From positions 3,264,001 to 3,328,000 of the forward strand of contig OZ242318.1 in NCBI GenBank assembly GCA_965208105.1: a DNA stretch of 64,000 nt. The letters are read 5' to 3'. How positions within the stretch are numbered: position 1 is the first letter of the stretch; each line of letters opens with the position of its first letter. This document shows positions 39,300 to 50,316 of this stretch, one piece after another. Source of the DNA: Candidatus Latescibacterota bacterium (GTDB lineage: Bacteria; Latescibacterota; UBA2968; UBA8231). The notes under the pieces are model-generated. The model was given only the letters and a program-made list of their open reading frames with translations. It was not told where the DNA came from and ran no database searches. Both the position numbers and the translations under genes were made by a program.

Positions 39300-39898
39300 T
39301 CGCCATCATCGATTATGGAATGGGCAATCTGCGCAGTGTGGAAAAGGCCTTCGAGTACCTGGGATTTCCTGCAGAGATTGTGCAAAACCCGGCTCAGTGT
39401 GACCACGGCAGCCACCTGGTACTTCCCGGGGATGCCGCCTTTGGCGATGCCATGCGCAATTTGCGAGAGAATGGCTGGGTCGACGCAGTCTGCCGAAACA
39501 TCGAAAGGGGCAAGCCCTTTCTAGGGATCTGCGTTGGATTGCAGTTGATGTTCGGAGAAAGCGAGGAAAGGGGCATTCACAAGGGCATTGGCCTGCTGCC
39601 GGGCAAAATCAGGCGGTTCCCTACTTCGGAGAGAGTCCCCCAAATCGGATGGAACCAGATTTCCCTCAAGAGACCGGCCGAAATCCTCGAGGGAGTTGGG
39701 GAAGGCAGCTTCTTTTACTTTGTCCATTCCTACTATGTGGATGCTGATTCTGAGAGGGATTGTGTTGCAACGACTGAATATGGCCTCAACTATACCTCCA
39801 TAGCGGCTCGGGACAACATGTTCGGGGTCCAGTTCCACCCCGAGAAAAGCCAGCATGCGGGGCTCCGGATACTCCAGAATTTTGCCGGTTTGAATTGA
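39296..39898 (+). CDS. hisH: Imidazole glycerol phosphate synthase, glutaminase subunit
   Basis: IIDYGMGNLRSV, LGICVGLQ, FYFVHSY, GVQFHPEKS; ATGA overlap with proC. Confidence 0.96.
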   Translation: MIAIIDYGMGNLRSVEKAFEYLGFPAEIVQNPAQCDHGSHLVLPGDAAFGDAMRNLRENGWVDAVCRNIERGKPFLGICVGLQLMFGESEERGIHKGIGLLPGKIRRFPTSERVPQIGWNQISLKRPAEILEGVGEGSFFYFVHSYYVDADSERDCVATTEYGLNYTSIAARDNMFGVQFHPEKSQHAGLRILQNFAGLN

Positions 39899-39902
39899 GT
39901 AG

Positions 39903-40670
39903 ATGTTAGCGAAACGGATAATTCCCTGCCTCGACGTGAAAAATGGCCGAAATGTCCGCGGAGTCAAATTTTCGGCTGATCGCGATGCCGGCGATCCTGT
40001 GGAGTTGGCCACCCTCTACGACCGCCAGAGGGCGGATGAATTGGTTTTTTACGATATCACCGCGTCCGCCGACGGCCGCGCCATTGTCATGGACCTGGTC
40101 GAGCAGGTTTCCGAAAGAGTCTTCATCCCTCTCACTGTGGGTGGAGGTATTCGGACCTTCAAAGATATCCGTCAGATCCTCAAGGGAGGCGCCGACAAGG
40201 TCTCGATAAACTCTGCGGCCGTGGCCCATCCTGAAATCATCGGACAGGGAGCCGAGAGTTTTGGCAGTCAGTGTATCGTCGGAGCGATCGATGCATTGCG
40301 CCGGACCGGCACCGAAACCCCCGCCTGGGAGATATACGTAAACGGCGGCCGCGATTCCACCGGAATCGACGCCCTCGAATGGGTAGAGGAGTTGGTGGAC
40401 CGGGGTGCGGGCGAACTGGTCCTGAACAGCATCGATGCCGACGGTACGCGCGATGGCTACGACATTGAGTTGAACCGTGCAGTTGCCCAGCGGGTGGAAG
40501 TGCCGATTGTGGCATCGGGTGGGTGTGGCAGTGCCGAGCATATCTATCAGGTTCTCACCGCAGGCCAGGCCAGTGCCGCCCTGGCGGCTTCCATTTTCCA
40601 CTACGGCGATTACACGATCTCCGAGGTCAAAGGCTTTCTGAAAGAACGGGGGGTAGTGGTCCGGGAATGA
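39903..40670 (+). CDS. hisF: Imidazole glycerol phosphate synthase, cyclase subunit
   Basis: [49 protein letters not shown]. Confidence 0.97.
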   Translation: MLAKRIIPCLDVKNGRNVRGVKFSADRDAGDPVELATLYDRQRADELVFYDITASADGRAIVMDLVEQVSERVFIPLTVGGGIRTFKDIRQILKGGADKVSINSAAVAHPEIIGQGAESFGSQCIVGAIDALRRTGTETPAWEIYVNGGRDSTGIDALEWVEELVDRGAGELVLNSIDADGTRDGYDIELNRAVAQRVEVPIVASGGCGSAEHIYQVLTAGQASAALAASIFHYGDYTISEVKGFLKERGVVVRE

Positions 40671-40738
40671 TATGACTGATACGGCAAAATCTCCAGGATT
40701 CCAGCTCTGCCGAAGATGAAGGCAGCTTACAGGAAGGT

Positions 40739-41896
40739 ATGGAGGAATCATTGGTTTCGACCTTTTCCGAGGACCGCAGTATCCGCATGAGCCAGGTAAG
40801 GCGCCTGGTAGTCAAGATCGGCAGCAGCAGCCTCACCACCCCCTCCAACAAGCTCAACCGCCGCGCCGTCCACAAATTGGTGGGAGATGTGGTAGCTCTG
40901 CGGAGGCAGGGCATCGAGGTAGCTATAGTCACTTCGGGCGCGGTTGCTGCCGGAATGGGTCGCCTGGGGCTGGAAGCGCGGCCTCGCGCCATCTCCGACT
41001 TGCAGGCGGTAGCAGCTGTCGGGCAGAATCTTCTGATGCATACCTACGAAAGCTTGTTCAAGCGGCACGGGGTGCGCATCGGACAGGTCTTGTTGACGGC
41101 CGAGGATATTCTGTACGAACGCCGGCGTTACCTGAATCTGGAGAATACCTTTCGCAGCCTTTTCGCGCATGATGCGGTTCCCATCATCAACGAGAACGAC
41201 AGCGTGGCGGTCGCCGAGCTCAGGCGAACGATCGGGGAAAACGACATGCTTGCTGCCTATGTGTCAAACCTGATCCAGGCTCAACTGCTGGTCATTCTCT
41301 CGAATGTCGACGGCTTGTATACGAATTACAGCGGCGGAGGGTCCAAAAGGGAGTTGGTGCGTCAGGTTTCCCATGCCGATACCGGGCTTGACGAATTGAT
41401 AGGCAAACCCGGGAAACGGGCTGGAAGTGGAGGTATGGAAACCAAGCTGCAGGCGGCAAAACTTCTGATGGCCTGCGGGGAGATGGTGGTCATTGCCCAC
41501 GCGCGCAAGCACCACCTGGCCGATATCCTGGCGGGCGAGGAGTTGGGCACATTGTTCATTCCGTCGAACAAGCGCCTGAGAAGCCGCGCGCGATGGATCG
41601 CGTTTGCATCTTCCTGCAGGGGCAGTGTCGTAGTTGACAAGGGGGCGGAATGGGCAATAACCAGGAAGGAAAAGAGTCTGCTGCCTGCCGGCATCGTCTC
41701 CTGTGAAGGCGCCTTCGCAGCCGGGGACATGATCAGAGTGGAGAATGAAAAAGGAGAGGAACTTGCCCGGGGTTTGAGTCGTTATGCCTCCGATGAAGTT
41801 CGGCTGGTTTTCGGAAAGAGTTCGCCCGAGATAGAAGAAGTTCTTGGTCGACGGGCACCGGAGGTAATTCACCGCGATGACCTGGTGATCATCTGA
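40739..41896 (+). CDS. proB: Glutamate 5-kinase (with PUA domain)
   Basis: VVKIGSSSLT, TSGAVAAG, PIINENDSV, GSGGMETK, VIHRDDL; start may be 40787. Confidence 0.95.
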   Translation: MEESLVSTFSEDRSIRMSQVRRLVVKIGSSSLTTPSNKLNRRAVHKLVGDVVALRRQGIEVAIVTSGAVAAGMGRLGLEARPRAISDLQAVAAVGQNLLMHTYESLFKRHGVRIGQVLLTAEDILYERRRYLNLENTFRSLFAHDAVPIINENDSVAVAELRRTIGENDMLAAYVSNLIQAQLLVILSNVDGLYTNYSGGGSKRELVRQVSHADTGLDELIGKPGKRAGSGGMETKLQAAKLLMACGEMVVIAHARKHHLADILAGEELGTLFIPSNKRLRSRARWIAFASSCRGSVVVDKGAEWAITRKEKSLLPAGIVSCEGAFAAGDMIRVENEKGEELARGLSRYASDEVRLVFGKSSPEIEEVLGRRAPEVIHRDDLVII

Positions 41897-41950
41897 AAAT
41901 GGCAGAATCGCAAATGAGCATTGACATTCCTTGCTTTTCAGGAAAACTCC

Positions 41951-42298
41951 ATGGACCCTAAAATTTCCAATAGGCCGATCTTCTGGAAGGTTGTGACCGG
42001 TTCCCTCGTTATCGGATTTTTATTCTATGTATTTTTTGTCGGGAAGGCCGGTTTCTATCAGGTCTGGAACAAAAGGAGGGAATTGAAGGAGTGGGAAGTG
42101 CTCGTCGCCAGGTTGCAGGCGGAAAACGACAGCCTAAAGCAGGTCATATCGGGCCTCGAGAACGACCTGGAGTATGTGGAGAAAGTGGCGCGGGAGGAAT
42201 ACGGAATGATCAGGAAGGGCGAGATTCTCTACCGGCTGCGCAAGACTACGCCTGAAGAGGGAGAGAAGCAGGGCAGTGCCCCGAGCAGCGCCGAATAA
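41951..42298 (+). CDS. Septum formation initiator (FtsB/DivIC family)
   Basis: Single TM, coiled coil, YVEKVAREEYGMIRKGE. Confidence 0.85.
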   Translation: MDPKISNRPIFWKVVTGSLVIGFLFYVFFVGKAGFYQVWNKRRELKEWEVLVARLQAENDSLKQVISGLENDLEYVEKVAREEYGMIRKGEILYRLRKTTPEEGEKQGSAPSSAE

Positions 42299-42514
42299 AT
42301 CGGGGAGGATGGGCGGCGGGATTGAAGAATTCAATTTTTCCAAGGCCCCGGGCATGTTGGAATTGCTCATGTGGATTCGAGATCCGAAGTCCTCGTCGGC
42401 GTTCGCAGGGGCTGGGGAGATATTGCTGCCCTCCAGTCAAAAATCCCGGCCCGTTCGCCGGGAAGTAGCTGGTGCGCCCTTCACGGGCATCGTCGGCTGT
42501 TTCGGGTAGCTGCC

Positions 42515-43297
42515 ATGTCCCGATTCATCCTCAAGACAAGGGCAGTTGTCCTCCGCAGCCGGCGCATCGGGGAGACCAGCAAGCTGGTTACCCTTTATTC
42601 CGAGGAACTGGGCAAGCTGAAGACCAGGGCCAGGGGAGCTCGCAAGCCGGAGAGCAAATTCGGAGCTGCGCTGGAACTCCTGACCGAGGTACACGCGGTG
42701 TGCCATGTGCGCGAGGACCGCGATGTGCAGACTCTGAGCGAATGTTCCATATCGCGATCATTCCCAGGCCTCGTCGCCAGTTTGGACCGCCTGGCCTTTG
42801 GCAGCGCAGCGCTGGAGCTGATCGAATACCTGACCATCGAGAACGAGCCAAACAAACGGCTCTACCTTTGTCTGTCGGGAGTACTGGGTGCGCTGGAGGA
42901 GGTGGATTTGGACCGGGCGGAGGTGGTGTTCTGGTACTTCGAGTTACGTGTGGCCGAAGCTCTCGGATATCGGCCTGAGTTGACTTGCTGTGTCACCTGC
43001 AGCACCGAGTTGGAAGGGAGGCATCTGTGGTTCAGCGCTGCTCAGGGAGGAGGGCTATGCGCGAACTGCGGTCGGACTTCCGGGCGGCGCATAGCTGGTG
43101 AGAGCCTGAGGTTTCTGGCTCGTCTCCAATCTCTCAGGGCCTACCGGCGGGAGGTGATTCCGCCAACCCCGCCACACTCTTCCGAGATTCGTTCCATGTT
43201 GCGGAGCTTCCTCGAGTACCATTTCGGAAGGCGGGAACAGCTCAAGGCACTCGACTTTTGGGGAGCGGTCAGAGGCAGAACAATGCAAACAGGTTAG
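42515..43297 (+). CDS. recO: DNA repair protein RecO
   Basis: GETSKLVTLYSEELGK..ARGARKP, Zn-finger CVTC..CANC. Confidence 0.9.
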   Translation: MSRFILKTRAVVLRSRRIGETSKLVTLYSEELGKLKTRARGARKPESKFGAALELLTEVHAVCHVREDRDVQTLSECSISRSFPGLVASLDRLAFGSAALELIEYLTIENEPNKRLYLCLSGVLGALEEVDLDRAEVVFWYFELRVAEALGYRPELTCCVTCSTELEGRHLWFSAAQGGGLCANCGRTSGRRIAGESLRFLARLQSLRAYRREVIPPTPPHSSEIRSMLRSFLEYHFGRREQLKALDFWGAVRGRTMQTG

Positions 43298-43343
43298 AGC
43301 ATGGGAGGAGAATTCCTCATGTGCGGGTCAGCAGGAGATATAG

Positions 43344-44681
43344 ATGGTTGACATTATGGACAAGCTTGTATCTCTATGCAAGCGGAGGGGGTTTATTTTC
43401 CAGAGCTCGGAAATCTACGGCGGCCTCAACGGCTGCTGGGACTACGGACCGCTCGGCGTAGAGTTGTTGCGCAATGTCAAGGAGGTCTGGTGGAAGTCCA
43501 TGACTTACCGCGATGACATCGATGGGCTGGACGCCAGCATACTGATGCATCCACGGGTCTGGGAGGCTTCCGGCCACGTGGATGGATTCACCGACCCATT
43601 GATCGATTGCCGCAGCTGCAAGTCGCGCTTTCGAGAAGACATGCTGAGCGACGAAAGGCGACGGGAAGGTCAGTGCCCGAATTGCGGCAACAAGGACGTG
43701 CTCACCGAGCCCCGCGCCTTTAACCTGATGTTCGAGACCTTCGTGGGTCCCGTCAGGGAGGACGGCGGCAGGGTTTACCTGAGACCCGAAACCGCCCAGG
43801 GCAGCTACGTCAACTTTGTAAATGTTCAAACAGCCATGCGGCGCAAGCTGCCTTTTGGAATCGCACAGATCGGCAAGGCATTCCGCAACGAGATCAACAC
43901 CCGCAACTTCCTCTTTCGAACGCGAGAATTCGAGCAAATGGAAATGCAGTTCTTCGTCGCGCCGGGCACCGAGGACGAGTGGTTCGAATACTGGAAGGAG
44001 GAGCGCTGGAACTGGTTCCGGGCTATCGGCATCTCCAGGGGGAAACTCCGGTGGCATGAACATGTCGGGGACGAGCTGGCCCATTACGCTCGGGCCGCTT
44101 GCGATATCCAGTACGAATTCCCGTTTGGCTGGGGCGAAGTGGAGGGTATTCACAACCGGGGCGACTACGACCTCTCTCAGCACGAGGCGTTTTCGGGCAA
44201 GGCCCTCAGGTACTTTGACGACAAGAGCAGGGAAAAAATCCTGCCCGTCGTGGTGGAGACTGCGATAGGGGCCGGCCGCGTGTCCATGGCGTGCCTGGCC
44301 AACGCCTACCATGAAGAAGAGGTTGATGGTGAAAAGCGCACGGTCATGCGGTTCCACCCCCAGGTTGCACCTGTAAAGGTGGCGGTCCTGCCTCTGGTCA
44401 AGCGCGACAACATGCCGGAGGTGGCTCGCAGGATTGCCGCTGATCTGCGCCCCCATTTTCGAGTGTTCTATGACGAGAGCGGCGCCATTGGGAGGCGATA
44501 CCGCCGCATGGACGAGGTGGGAACGCCCTACTGTATCACGGTGGACTCCCGGACTTTGGAAGACGAGACCGCGACGGTGCGCGAACGAGATTCCATGGCA
44601 CAGGACAGGGTGCAGATCTCCAGGCTCAAGGATGAAGTAGACCGCCGGATGGTTGGCTGGCAGTTGCCGGATGGGAGCTGA
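43344..44681 (+). CDS. glyQS: Glycine--tRNA ligase (alpha2 type)
   Basis: KRRGFIFQSSEIYGG, YLRPETAQG, GKAFRNEI, FRTREFEQME, IGRRYRR.DE.GTP. Confidence 0.96.
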   Translation: MVDIMDKLVSLCKRRGFIFQSSEIYGGLNGCWDYGPLGVELLRNVKEVWWKSMTYRDDIDGLDASILMHPRVWEASGHVDGFTDPLIDCRSCKSRFREDMLSDERRREGQCPNCGNKDVLTEPRAFNLMFETFVGPVREDGGRVYLRPETAQGSYVNFVNVQTAMRRKLPFGIAQIGKAFRNEINTRNFLFRTREFEQMEMQFFVAPGTEDEWFEYWKEERWNWFRAIGISRGKLRWHEHVGDELAHYARAACDIQYEFPFGWGEVEGIHNRGDYDLSQHEAFSGKALRYFDDKSREKILPVVVETAIGAGRVSMACLANAYHEEEVDGEKRTVMRFHPQVAPVKVAVLPLVKRDNMPEVARRIAADLRPHFRVFYDESGAIGRRYRRMDEVGTPYCITVDSRTLEDETATVRERDSMAQDRVQISRLKDEVDRRMVGWQLPDGS

Positions 44682-44697
44682 ACGGAACCTTGAGCGC

Positions 44698-44725
44698 TTG
44701 ACCCTCGATTTTGTAACGGTATAAT
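44698..44725 (+). promoter_or_regulatory. Sigma70 promoter for tRNA-Leu/tig
   Basis: TTGACC (44698-44703), 16 bp spacer, TATAAT (44720-44725). Confidence 0.7.
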
Positions 44726-44739
44726 TTATTCCGTGTGCT

Positions 44740-44822
44740 GCGAGAGTGGCGGAACTGGTAGACGCGCCAGATTTAGGATCTGGTGCCCACAAGGCGTGGG
44801 GGTTCGAGTCCCCCCTCTCGCA
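44740..44822 (+). tRNA. tRNA-Leu (anticodon TAG)
   Basis: GCGAGAG/CTCTCGC acceptor stem, D-loop GGAACTGGTAGAC, CCAGA-TTTAGGA-TCTGG anticodon arm, long variable arm, GGTTCGAGTCC; CCA not encoded. Confidence 0.96.
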
Positions 44823-44845
44823 CGTCAGAAAAAAGGGCGGCTGCC

Positions 44846-46099
44846 GTGAAGACGAAGGTGACAGAGAAGGGCGAATGGGAGCGCGAGTTGGAGGTAGAGG
44901 TTCCTGCCGAGCGCATCGAAAAGGAGTTCGACCGCGCCTACAGGCACTACCGGAAGCGCGTGGAGGTTCCTGGTTTCCGCAAAGGCAAGGCTCCCCTGAA
45001 TATTATCAAGGTGCGTTACGGCGAGTCGATAAGGGGAAATGTCATCAACGACTTGCTCCCGAGTCTGGTCGAAGAGGCTACGCGCGAGACTGGCCTGGTC
45101 CCGGTTGGTCCACCCACAGTTGCCAGGCTCGAGTATGAGCCTGGCCGGGGACTGAGCTTCACCGCGTTGCTTGAGGTATGGCCCGAGATCGAGGTTGCAA
45201 ATTGGGAAAAGCTGAAGGTTACAGCGATCGTCCATCAGGTGACCGATGAAGAGATCGATGCCCAGATAGAAGAAATTCGCAACAGGGATGCCACCGAAAA
45301 ATCGGTGCAACGTGGGCTTGAGAAGGGCGATGTAATGATTGCCGATCTACAGAGGCTGGATGAAGGTGGACTGCCGATAATCGGAGATAAGTTCGAGGAA
45401 CGCCACTTCATCATCGGTGCTGGAAATGAAGCCAACCGGGAGTTTGAGGAGGCCCTGATCGGAGTGAGGGCCGGCGAGGAGCGCAGGATACGGCTTCCTC
45501 ATGGAGATGGAAGACCCGGCGAGGAAATGGCCGGGAGGGAGGACTACTTCAGCGTCAGGGTCCGCGAAGTTCGCGAACGCACCCTTCCCGAACTTGACGA
45601 CGACTTTGCCAGGGACCTAGGCGAACAATTCAGCAACCTGGAGGACCTTCGGGAGCATATCTCCAGGCAGCTTGCCCAGCGTTGGGAGATGATGAGCAGG
45701 CACCATATCCGCAGCAGCCTGATTGAGGAATTGATCAAAGCCAACCCGTTCGATCTGCCCGGGAGCATGGTGGAAAATTATCTGCACAACATTCACAAGG
45801 AGCGCGGCCATGACCATCGCCATGACCACGGGCATGACCATAGTGAGGAGGAAAGGACGACTGCCGTGCGGCGTCTGAAAAGCTATTTGCTGATCGATGC
45901 CGTGGGTAAAATTGCCGCTATTGAAGTAGGCGATGAAGAATTGGACCAATTCCTTGAAATGCGCGCCGGGGAAATGGGCGTAAAGATCGAGGAATTGAGG
46001 CGCTCGGAAGGGGTGGATAATCTGCGCCGCGAACTGGTGGAGAACAAGGTTTTCGACTTCCTCATTGAACGCGCTGAGGTGGAGGAAAAGTCGGTATGA
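44846..46099 (+). CDS. tig: Trigger factor
   Basis: VPGFRKGKAP signature, LPELDDDFA; upstream of clpP; GTG start. Confidence 0.93.
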   Translation: MKTKVTEKGEWERELEVEVPAERIEKEFDRAYRHYRKRVEVPGFRKGKAPLNIIKVRYGESIRGNVINDLLPSLVEEATRETGLVPVGPPTVARLEYEPGRGLSFTALLEVWPEIEVANWEKLKVTAIVHQVTDEEIDAQIEEIRNRDATEKSVQRGLEKGDVMIADLQRLDEGGLPIIGDKFEERHFIIGAGNEANREFEEALIGVRAGEERRIRLPHGDGRPGEEMAGREDYFSVRVREVRERTLPELDDDFARDLGEQFSNLEDLREHISRQLAQRWEMMSRHHIRSSLIEELIKANPFDLPGSMVENYLHNIHKERGHDHRHDHGHDHSEEERTTAVRRLKSYLLIDAVGKIAAIEVGDEELDQFLEMRAGEMGVKIEELRRSEGVDNLRRELVENKVFDFLIERAEVEEKSV

Positions 46100-46154
46100 A
46101 CAGCGAAGGCGAAGGCTTGAGCGGTGCATGTCTTCCAGAGGAAGGATCCGATAA

Positions 46155-46754
46155 ATGTCTTTGATTCCCATGGTAGTCGAGCAGACGGGACGAGGCGAGC
46201 GTTCCTACGATATCTACTCTCGCTTGCTTAAGGATCGAATTATTTTTGTTGGAACACCCATTAACGACGCGATTGCGAACCTCGTGATAGCCCAATTGTT
46301 GTTTCTGGTTTCGGAGGATCCAAAGAAGGACATCGATCTCTTTCTGAACACTCCGGGTGGCTCGGTAACCGCGGGAATAGCTGTTTACGACACCATGCAG
46401 TATATTTCTACGGATGTTGCCACCACCTGCATCGGACAGGCTTCCAGCATGGGAGCCGTGCTCCTGGCGGGCGGAGCCAAAGGCAAGCGCAGGGCTCTGC
46501 CCAACGCGCGTATCCTGCTGCATCAGCCCATGGGAGGGATCGGCGGCCAAGCCGCGGACGTAGAGATCCACGCCCGCGAAATCATAAAAATCCGCCAGCA
46601 ACTGAACGAAATTCTGGCATCCAGCACCGGTCAGCCCCTGGAGCGCATCGAAAGGGACACGGAGCGCGATTTTTTCATGAGTCCCGATGAGGCCAGTCAG
46701 TACGGTCTGATCGACGAGATCATTTTGCCGCAGGCAGGAGTCGATACCGAATAG
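46155..46754 (+). CDS. clpP: ATP-dependent Clp protease proteolytic subunit
   Basis: [35 protein letters not shown]. Confidence 0.98.
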   Translation: MSLIPMVVEQTGRGERSYDIYSRLLKDRIIFVGTPINDAIANLVIAQLLFLVSEDPKKDIDLFLNTPGGSVTAGIAVYDTMQYISTDVATTCIGQASSMGAVLLAGGAKGKRRALPNARILLHQPMGGIGGQAADVEIHAREIIKIRQQLNEILASSTGQPLERIERDTERDFFMSPDEASQYGLIDEIILPQAGVDTE

Positions 46755-46793
46755 GTCGAGGTTATCGGCTGAACTTTCCGAGAGGGAAGCGAT

Positions 46794-48038
46794 TTGCGAC
46801 GACGCCCCCCAAAAAGCGAGCCGCGCTGCTCCTTCTGTGGCCGTGGTGCCCATCAGGTGGAGAAGATTATCACGGGCTCCTCGGTTCATATCTGCAACGA
46901 GTGTGTCAAGCTGTGCAACGATGTGCTCGCCGAGGAGAAGAAGCAGACCCTGCCCCTGGAGACGGAGTCCACTCCCAAGCCGACAGAGATCAAGGATTTC
47001 CTCGAGGAGTATGTGATCGGACAGGAGCGCGCCAAAAAGATCCTGTGCGTGGCGGTTTACAACCACTACAAAAGAATTCGTTCCAATGTTGCGCTCGAGG
47101 GGGTGGAACTCGACAAAAGCAACATTCTCATGATCGGTCCTACGGGCACCGGCAAAACGCTGCTGGCACAGACCCTGGCCAGGGTATTGCAGGTTCCCTT
47201 CTCGATAGCCGACGCCACCATTTTGACGGAGGCAGGGTATGTAGGCGAGGACGTGGAAAACATTCTGGTTGGGCTGCTGCAGGCTGCAGACTACGATGTC
47301 GCCTGGGCTGAAAAGGGAATTCTCTACCTGGATGAGGTCGATAAGATTGCCCGCAAAAGCGCCACGCCAGCGGTAAACCGCGATGTCTCCGGAGAGGGCG
47401 TGCAGCAGGCATTGCTCAAAATCATCGAGGGAACAATTGCCAACATTCCGCCCAAGGGAGGGCGAAAGCATCCCGAACAGCCCATGATCCAGATGAATAC
47501 CCGCAACATTCTCTTCATCTGTGGAGGTGCCTTCGAGGGACTTGAGAAAAACATCAGCCAGCGCCTGGGGAAGCGCACCATAGGCTTTGGTTCTTCTACT
47601 GATGCGGAGGAGGAGGAGTTGGAGGACATCCTGGCGCAGGTGCAGCCGGAGGATCTGCTTGCATATGGCCTCATCCCGGAATTCGTCGGCCGCGTGCCCG
47701 TTCTCACGACTCTGGATTCACTGAGCAGAGAAGATCTGTTCAAGATTCTGACGGAACCCAAGAATGCAATAATCAAACAGACCCAGCGGCTCTTTGAGAT
47801 GGACGGAGTTGATCTCGAATTCAGCGATGCGGCTCTCCATAAAATCGTCGAGTTGACGATTCAAAAAGGCACGGGTGCCCGCGGTCTGCGTGCGGTGTTG
47901 GAGCATGCATTGATGGATATCATGTACGATACTCCCTCAAAGGATGGGATCCGCAAGCTTCTGGTAACGGATGATACAATTGAAAAAGGTGTGGAGGAGA
48001 GTGACGATGAGGGCGAGTTGATGCGCAAGAGGGCGTGA
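46794..48038 (+). CDS. clpX: Clp protease ATP-binding subunit ClpX
   Basis: CSFCG..ICNECV Zn finger, [27 protein letters not shown] loop, TGARGLR. Confidence 0.98.
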   Translation: MRRRPPKSEPRCSFCGRGAHQVEKIITGSSVHICNECVKLCNDVLAEEKKQTLPLETESTPKPTEIKDFLEEYVIGQERAKKILCVAVYNHYKRIRSNVALEGVELDKSNILMIGPTGTGKTLLAQTLARVLQVPFSIADATILTEAGYVGEDVENILVGLLQAADYDVAWAEKGILYLDEVDKIARKSATPAVNRDVSGEGVQQALLKIIEGTIANIPPKGGRKHPEQPMIQMNTRNILFICGGAFEGLEKNISQRLGKRTIGFGSSTDAEEEELEDILAQVQPEDLLAYGLIPEFVGRVPVLTTLDSLSREDLFKILTEPKNAIIKQTQRLFEMDGVDLEFSDAALHKIVELTIQKGTGARGLRAVLEHALMDIMYDTPSKDGIRKLLVTDDTIEKGVEESDDEGELMRKRA

Positions 48039-48414
48039 ATGCCAGGAGTTTGCACTGCCGATTCCCTGCAGGCCGTCTTCTGCTCGCGGCTGGTTTTCCG
48101 CTCCTCACAACTTTGGTGAACATTCGACCTGAACTCCGGCCAGCGGCGTCCCGCCCGCTCGCCCTCCTCGATTCTGCGCGTTTTCCCGGGACTGTACTCA
48201 AGTGGAAGGGAACCGGCGAGGCCCTTGCGGGTTCGGGTGCATTTTCCCGTGGATACCATCCCTTGGAGTGACCGGGCCCGGTTGAGACCGGGGCTGACAG
48301 GCACTGCAATCCGGGAGTGATTCAGGCAGGGGTTGGGGACTCCCAGGCGCGGGCAATTAATTGTTTTCAGGCTTCCGTCGCATGGCGAGATCAATTCAAT
48401 CATCCTGGTCTGAC

Positions 48415-49008
48415 ATGCACATTCGCTCCGCTGAATTCACAATTGGTGCGGTCCGTCAGGCGGACCTGCCCTCGGATGGAATTCCCGAGATTGCCTTTTC
48501 CGGGCGGTCCAATGTCGGGAAATCCTCACTAATCAACAGTCTTTTGCAGCGCAGGAAATTGGCTCACACCAGCTCGACTCCGGGAAAGACGCAGCAACTC
48601 AACTACTACCGGGTCAATCACAGATTCTTCTTCGTCGATCTTCCAGGCTACGGATTTGTCCAGGGGGGAGTTGCCCTGCGGGAAAAGCTGGGGAGGCTTA
48701 CCGAGACCTACCTGGAGAACCGTCGAGAGCTGCGCGCCGTGGTTCAGTTGGTGGACGCTCGTCACGGCCCCACGAAACTTGATCTGACCATGATCGACTG
48801 GCTCCGAAACTGTCGAAAACCTTTTTTGCTGGTCTTTACCAAGGCCGATAAACTTTCGCGCAGCAAACTTTGCAAACAGCTCGACCTGATTGAGTCGGAA
48901 GGGCGATTGGCAGGGATTTCATTCGTGCCGTTCTCGGCTCTGAATGGCCGGGGGAGAGCGGATGTATTGGAGTGGATTTCCACCGCCGTTCAGCCCAGGG
49001 AGGATTGA
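48415..49008 (+). CDS. engB: Ribosome biogenesis GTPase EngB/YihA
   Basis: GRSNVGKSSLIN, STPGKTQ, VDLPGYG, TKADK. Confidence 0.95.
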   Translation: MHIRSAEFTIGAVRQADLPSDGIPEIAFSGRSNVGKSSLINSLLQRRKLAHTSSTPGKTQQLNYYRVNHRFFFVDLPGYGFVQGGVALREKLGRLTETYLENRRELRAVVQLVDARHGPTKLDLTMIDWLRNCRKPFLLVFTKADKLSRSKLCKQLDLIESEGRLAGISFVPFSALNGRGRADVLEWISTAVQPRED

Positions 49009-49023
49009 GGCGAAGGAATTGTC

Positions 49024-50304
49024 ATGCCGGCAAAGATAGTTCTGGGAGCACAGTGGGGCGACGAAGGCAAGGCCAAGGTCATCGACTACCTGACTCTAGA
49101 TGCCGACCTGGTGGTGCGCTATCAGGGGGGTGCCAATGCAGGTCATACCGTCAAGGTGGGAGAAAGTACCTTTGTCTTTCACATGATTCCCTCTGGAATC
49201 ATGCATCCGGACAAAATTTGCGCTATCGGGAATGGCGTGGTCGTTGACCCCGTAGCGCTGATCTCCGAGATGGACGAATTGGCCGGGAAGGGAATTTCCA
49301 TTGATGGCCGCCTGTTTATCAGCCAGAGTGCTCATCTGGTTATGCCCTATCACATGGCTCTGGAAGAGGCCGGCGAGGAGAGTCAGGGAAGTGAACGAAT
49401 AGGTACCACAAGGCGCGGAATCGGTCCCTGCTATCAGGACAAGGTGGAGCGCACCCATGGGGTGAGGGTCATGGACCTGTTGGATGCCGACTATCTTCGC
49501 GGGAAATTGAGAACCGTCATCAGTGCCAAGAACCAGATTCTTACCCGTGTCTACGGAGGGCAAACGCTGAACGAGGACGAGATCATCGAGGCCTACATCG
49601 GCTACGGGGACCGCCTCCAGGGCTATGTCACAGATACCTCCGTTCTGGTCAACGAGGCTATTGACGCTGGCAGGACCGTGCTGTTCGAAGGAGCCCAGGG
49701 GACCTTGCTGGATATCGATCACGGAACCTACCCTTTTGTTACGTCCTCAAATACCACCGCGGGCGGAGTTTGCACCGGAAGCGGGGTTGGACCAACCCGT
49801 ATAGACGAGGTCATCGGGGTGACCAAGGCTTATACAACACGAGTGGGCAATGGACCCTTTCCCACCGAGTTGTTCGACCAAACGGGCGATCAGATCCGAG
49901 CGTTGGGCCACGAGTACGGAGCCACTACGGGCCGGTCGCGCCGCTGCGGTTGGTTTGACGCCCCGATACTGCGCCTGGCCGCCCGGATCAACGGGCTTAC
50001 GAGCCTGGCTCTCACCCGTCTGGATGTCCTCGATACCCTCGAGCGGTTGCAGTTTTGCGTCGGATACCAGTGCGGAGACACGGTCCTGGACGAGTTCCCC
50101 TCGAATCCCAGGATCCTGTCCAGGTGCACTCCAATCTACGAGGAAATGGAGGGTTGGTGCTGTTCGACGAGAGAGATTCGGCGCTTTGCAGACCTTCCTC
50201 GAAACGCCCGCAACTACGTGGAGCGCATCGCCGAGCTGGGCCGGACGCCTGTGTCCCTGGTATCCGTAGGGCCGGAACGCGAGTCCACCATCGACATCGC
50301 CTGA
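49024..50304 (+). CDS. purA: Adenylosuccinate synthetase
   Basis: QWGDEGKAK, GGANAGHT, FEGAQG, YTTRVG.GPFPTE, EYGATTGRSRRCGW. Confidence 0.98.
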   Translation: MPAKIVLGAQWGDEGKAKVIDYLTLDADLVVRYQGGANAGHTVKVGESTFVFHMIPSGIMHPDKICAIGNGVVVDPVALISEMDELAGKGISIDGRLFISQSAHLVMPYHMALEEAGEESQGSERIGTTRRGIGPCYQDKVERTHGVRVMDLLDADYLRGKLRTVISAKNQILTRVYGGQTLNEDEIIEAYIGYGDRLQGYVTDTSVLVNEAIDAGRTVLFEGAQGTLLDIDHGTYPFVTSSNTTAGGVCTGSGVGPTRIDEVIGVTKAYTTRVGNGPFPTELFDQTGDQIRALGHEYGATTGRSRRCGWFDAPILRLAARINGLTSLALTRLDVLDTLERLQFCVGYQCGDTVLDEFPSNPRILSRCTPIYEEMEGWCCSTREIRRFADLPRNARNYVERIAELGRTPVSLVSVGPERESTIDIA

Positions 50305-50316
50305 TTGCAGCACTAT

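Noticed and set aside
44740-44822. tRNA-Leu as a prophage or island attachment site
   Set aside because: No integrase and no duplicated tRNA 3' end seen; tRNA-Leu-tig-clpP-clpX is the usual core gene order.
43374-47471. Long antisense ORFs opposite glyQS, clpP and clpX
   Set aside because: Shadow frames of well-supported conserved genes.
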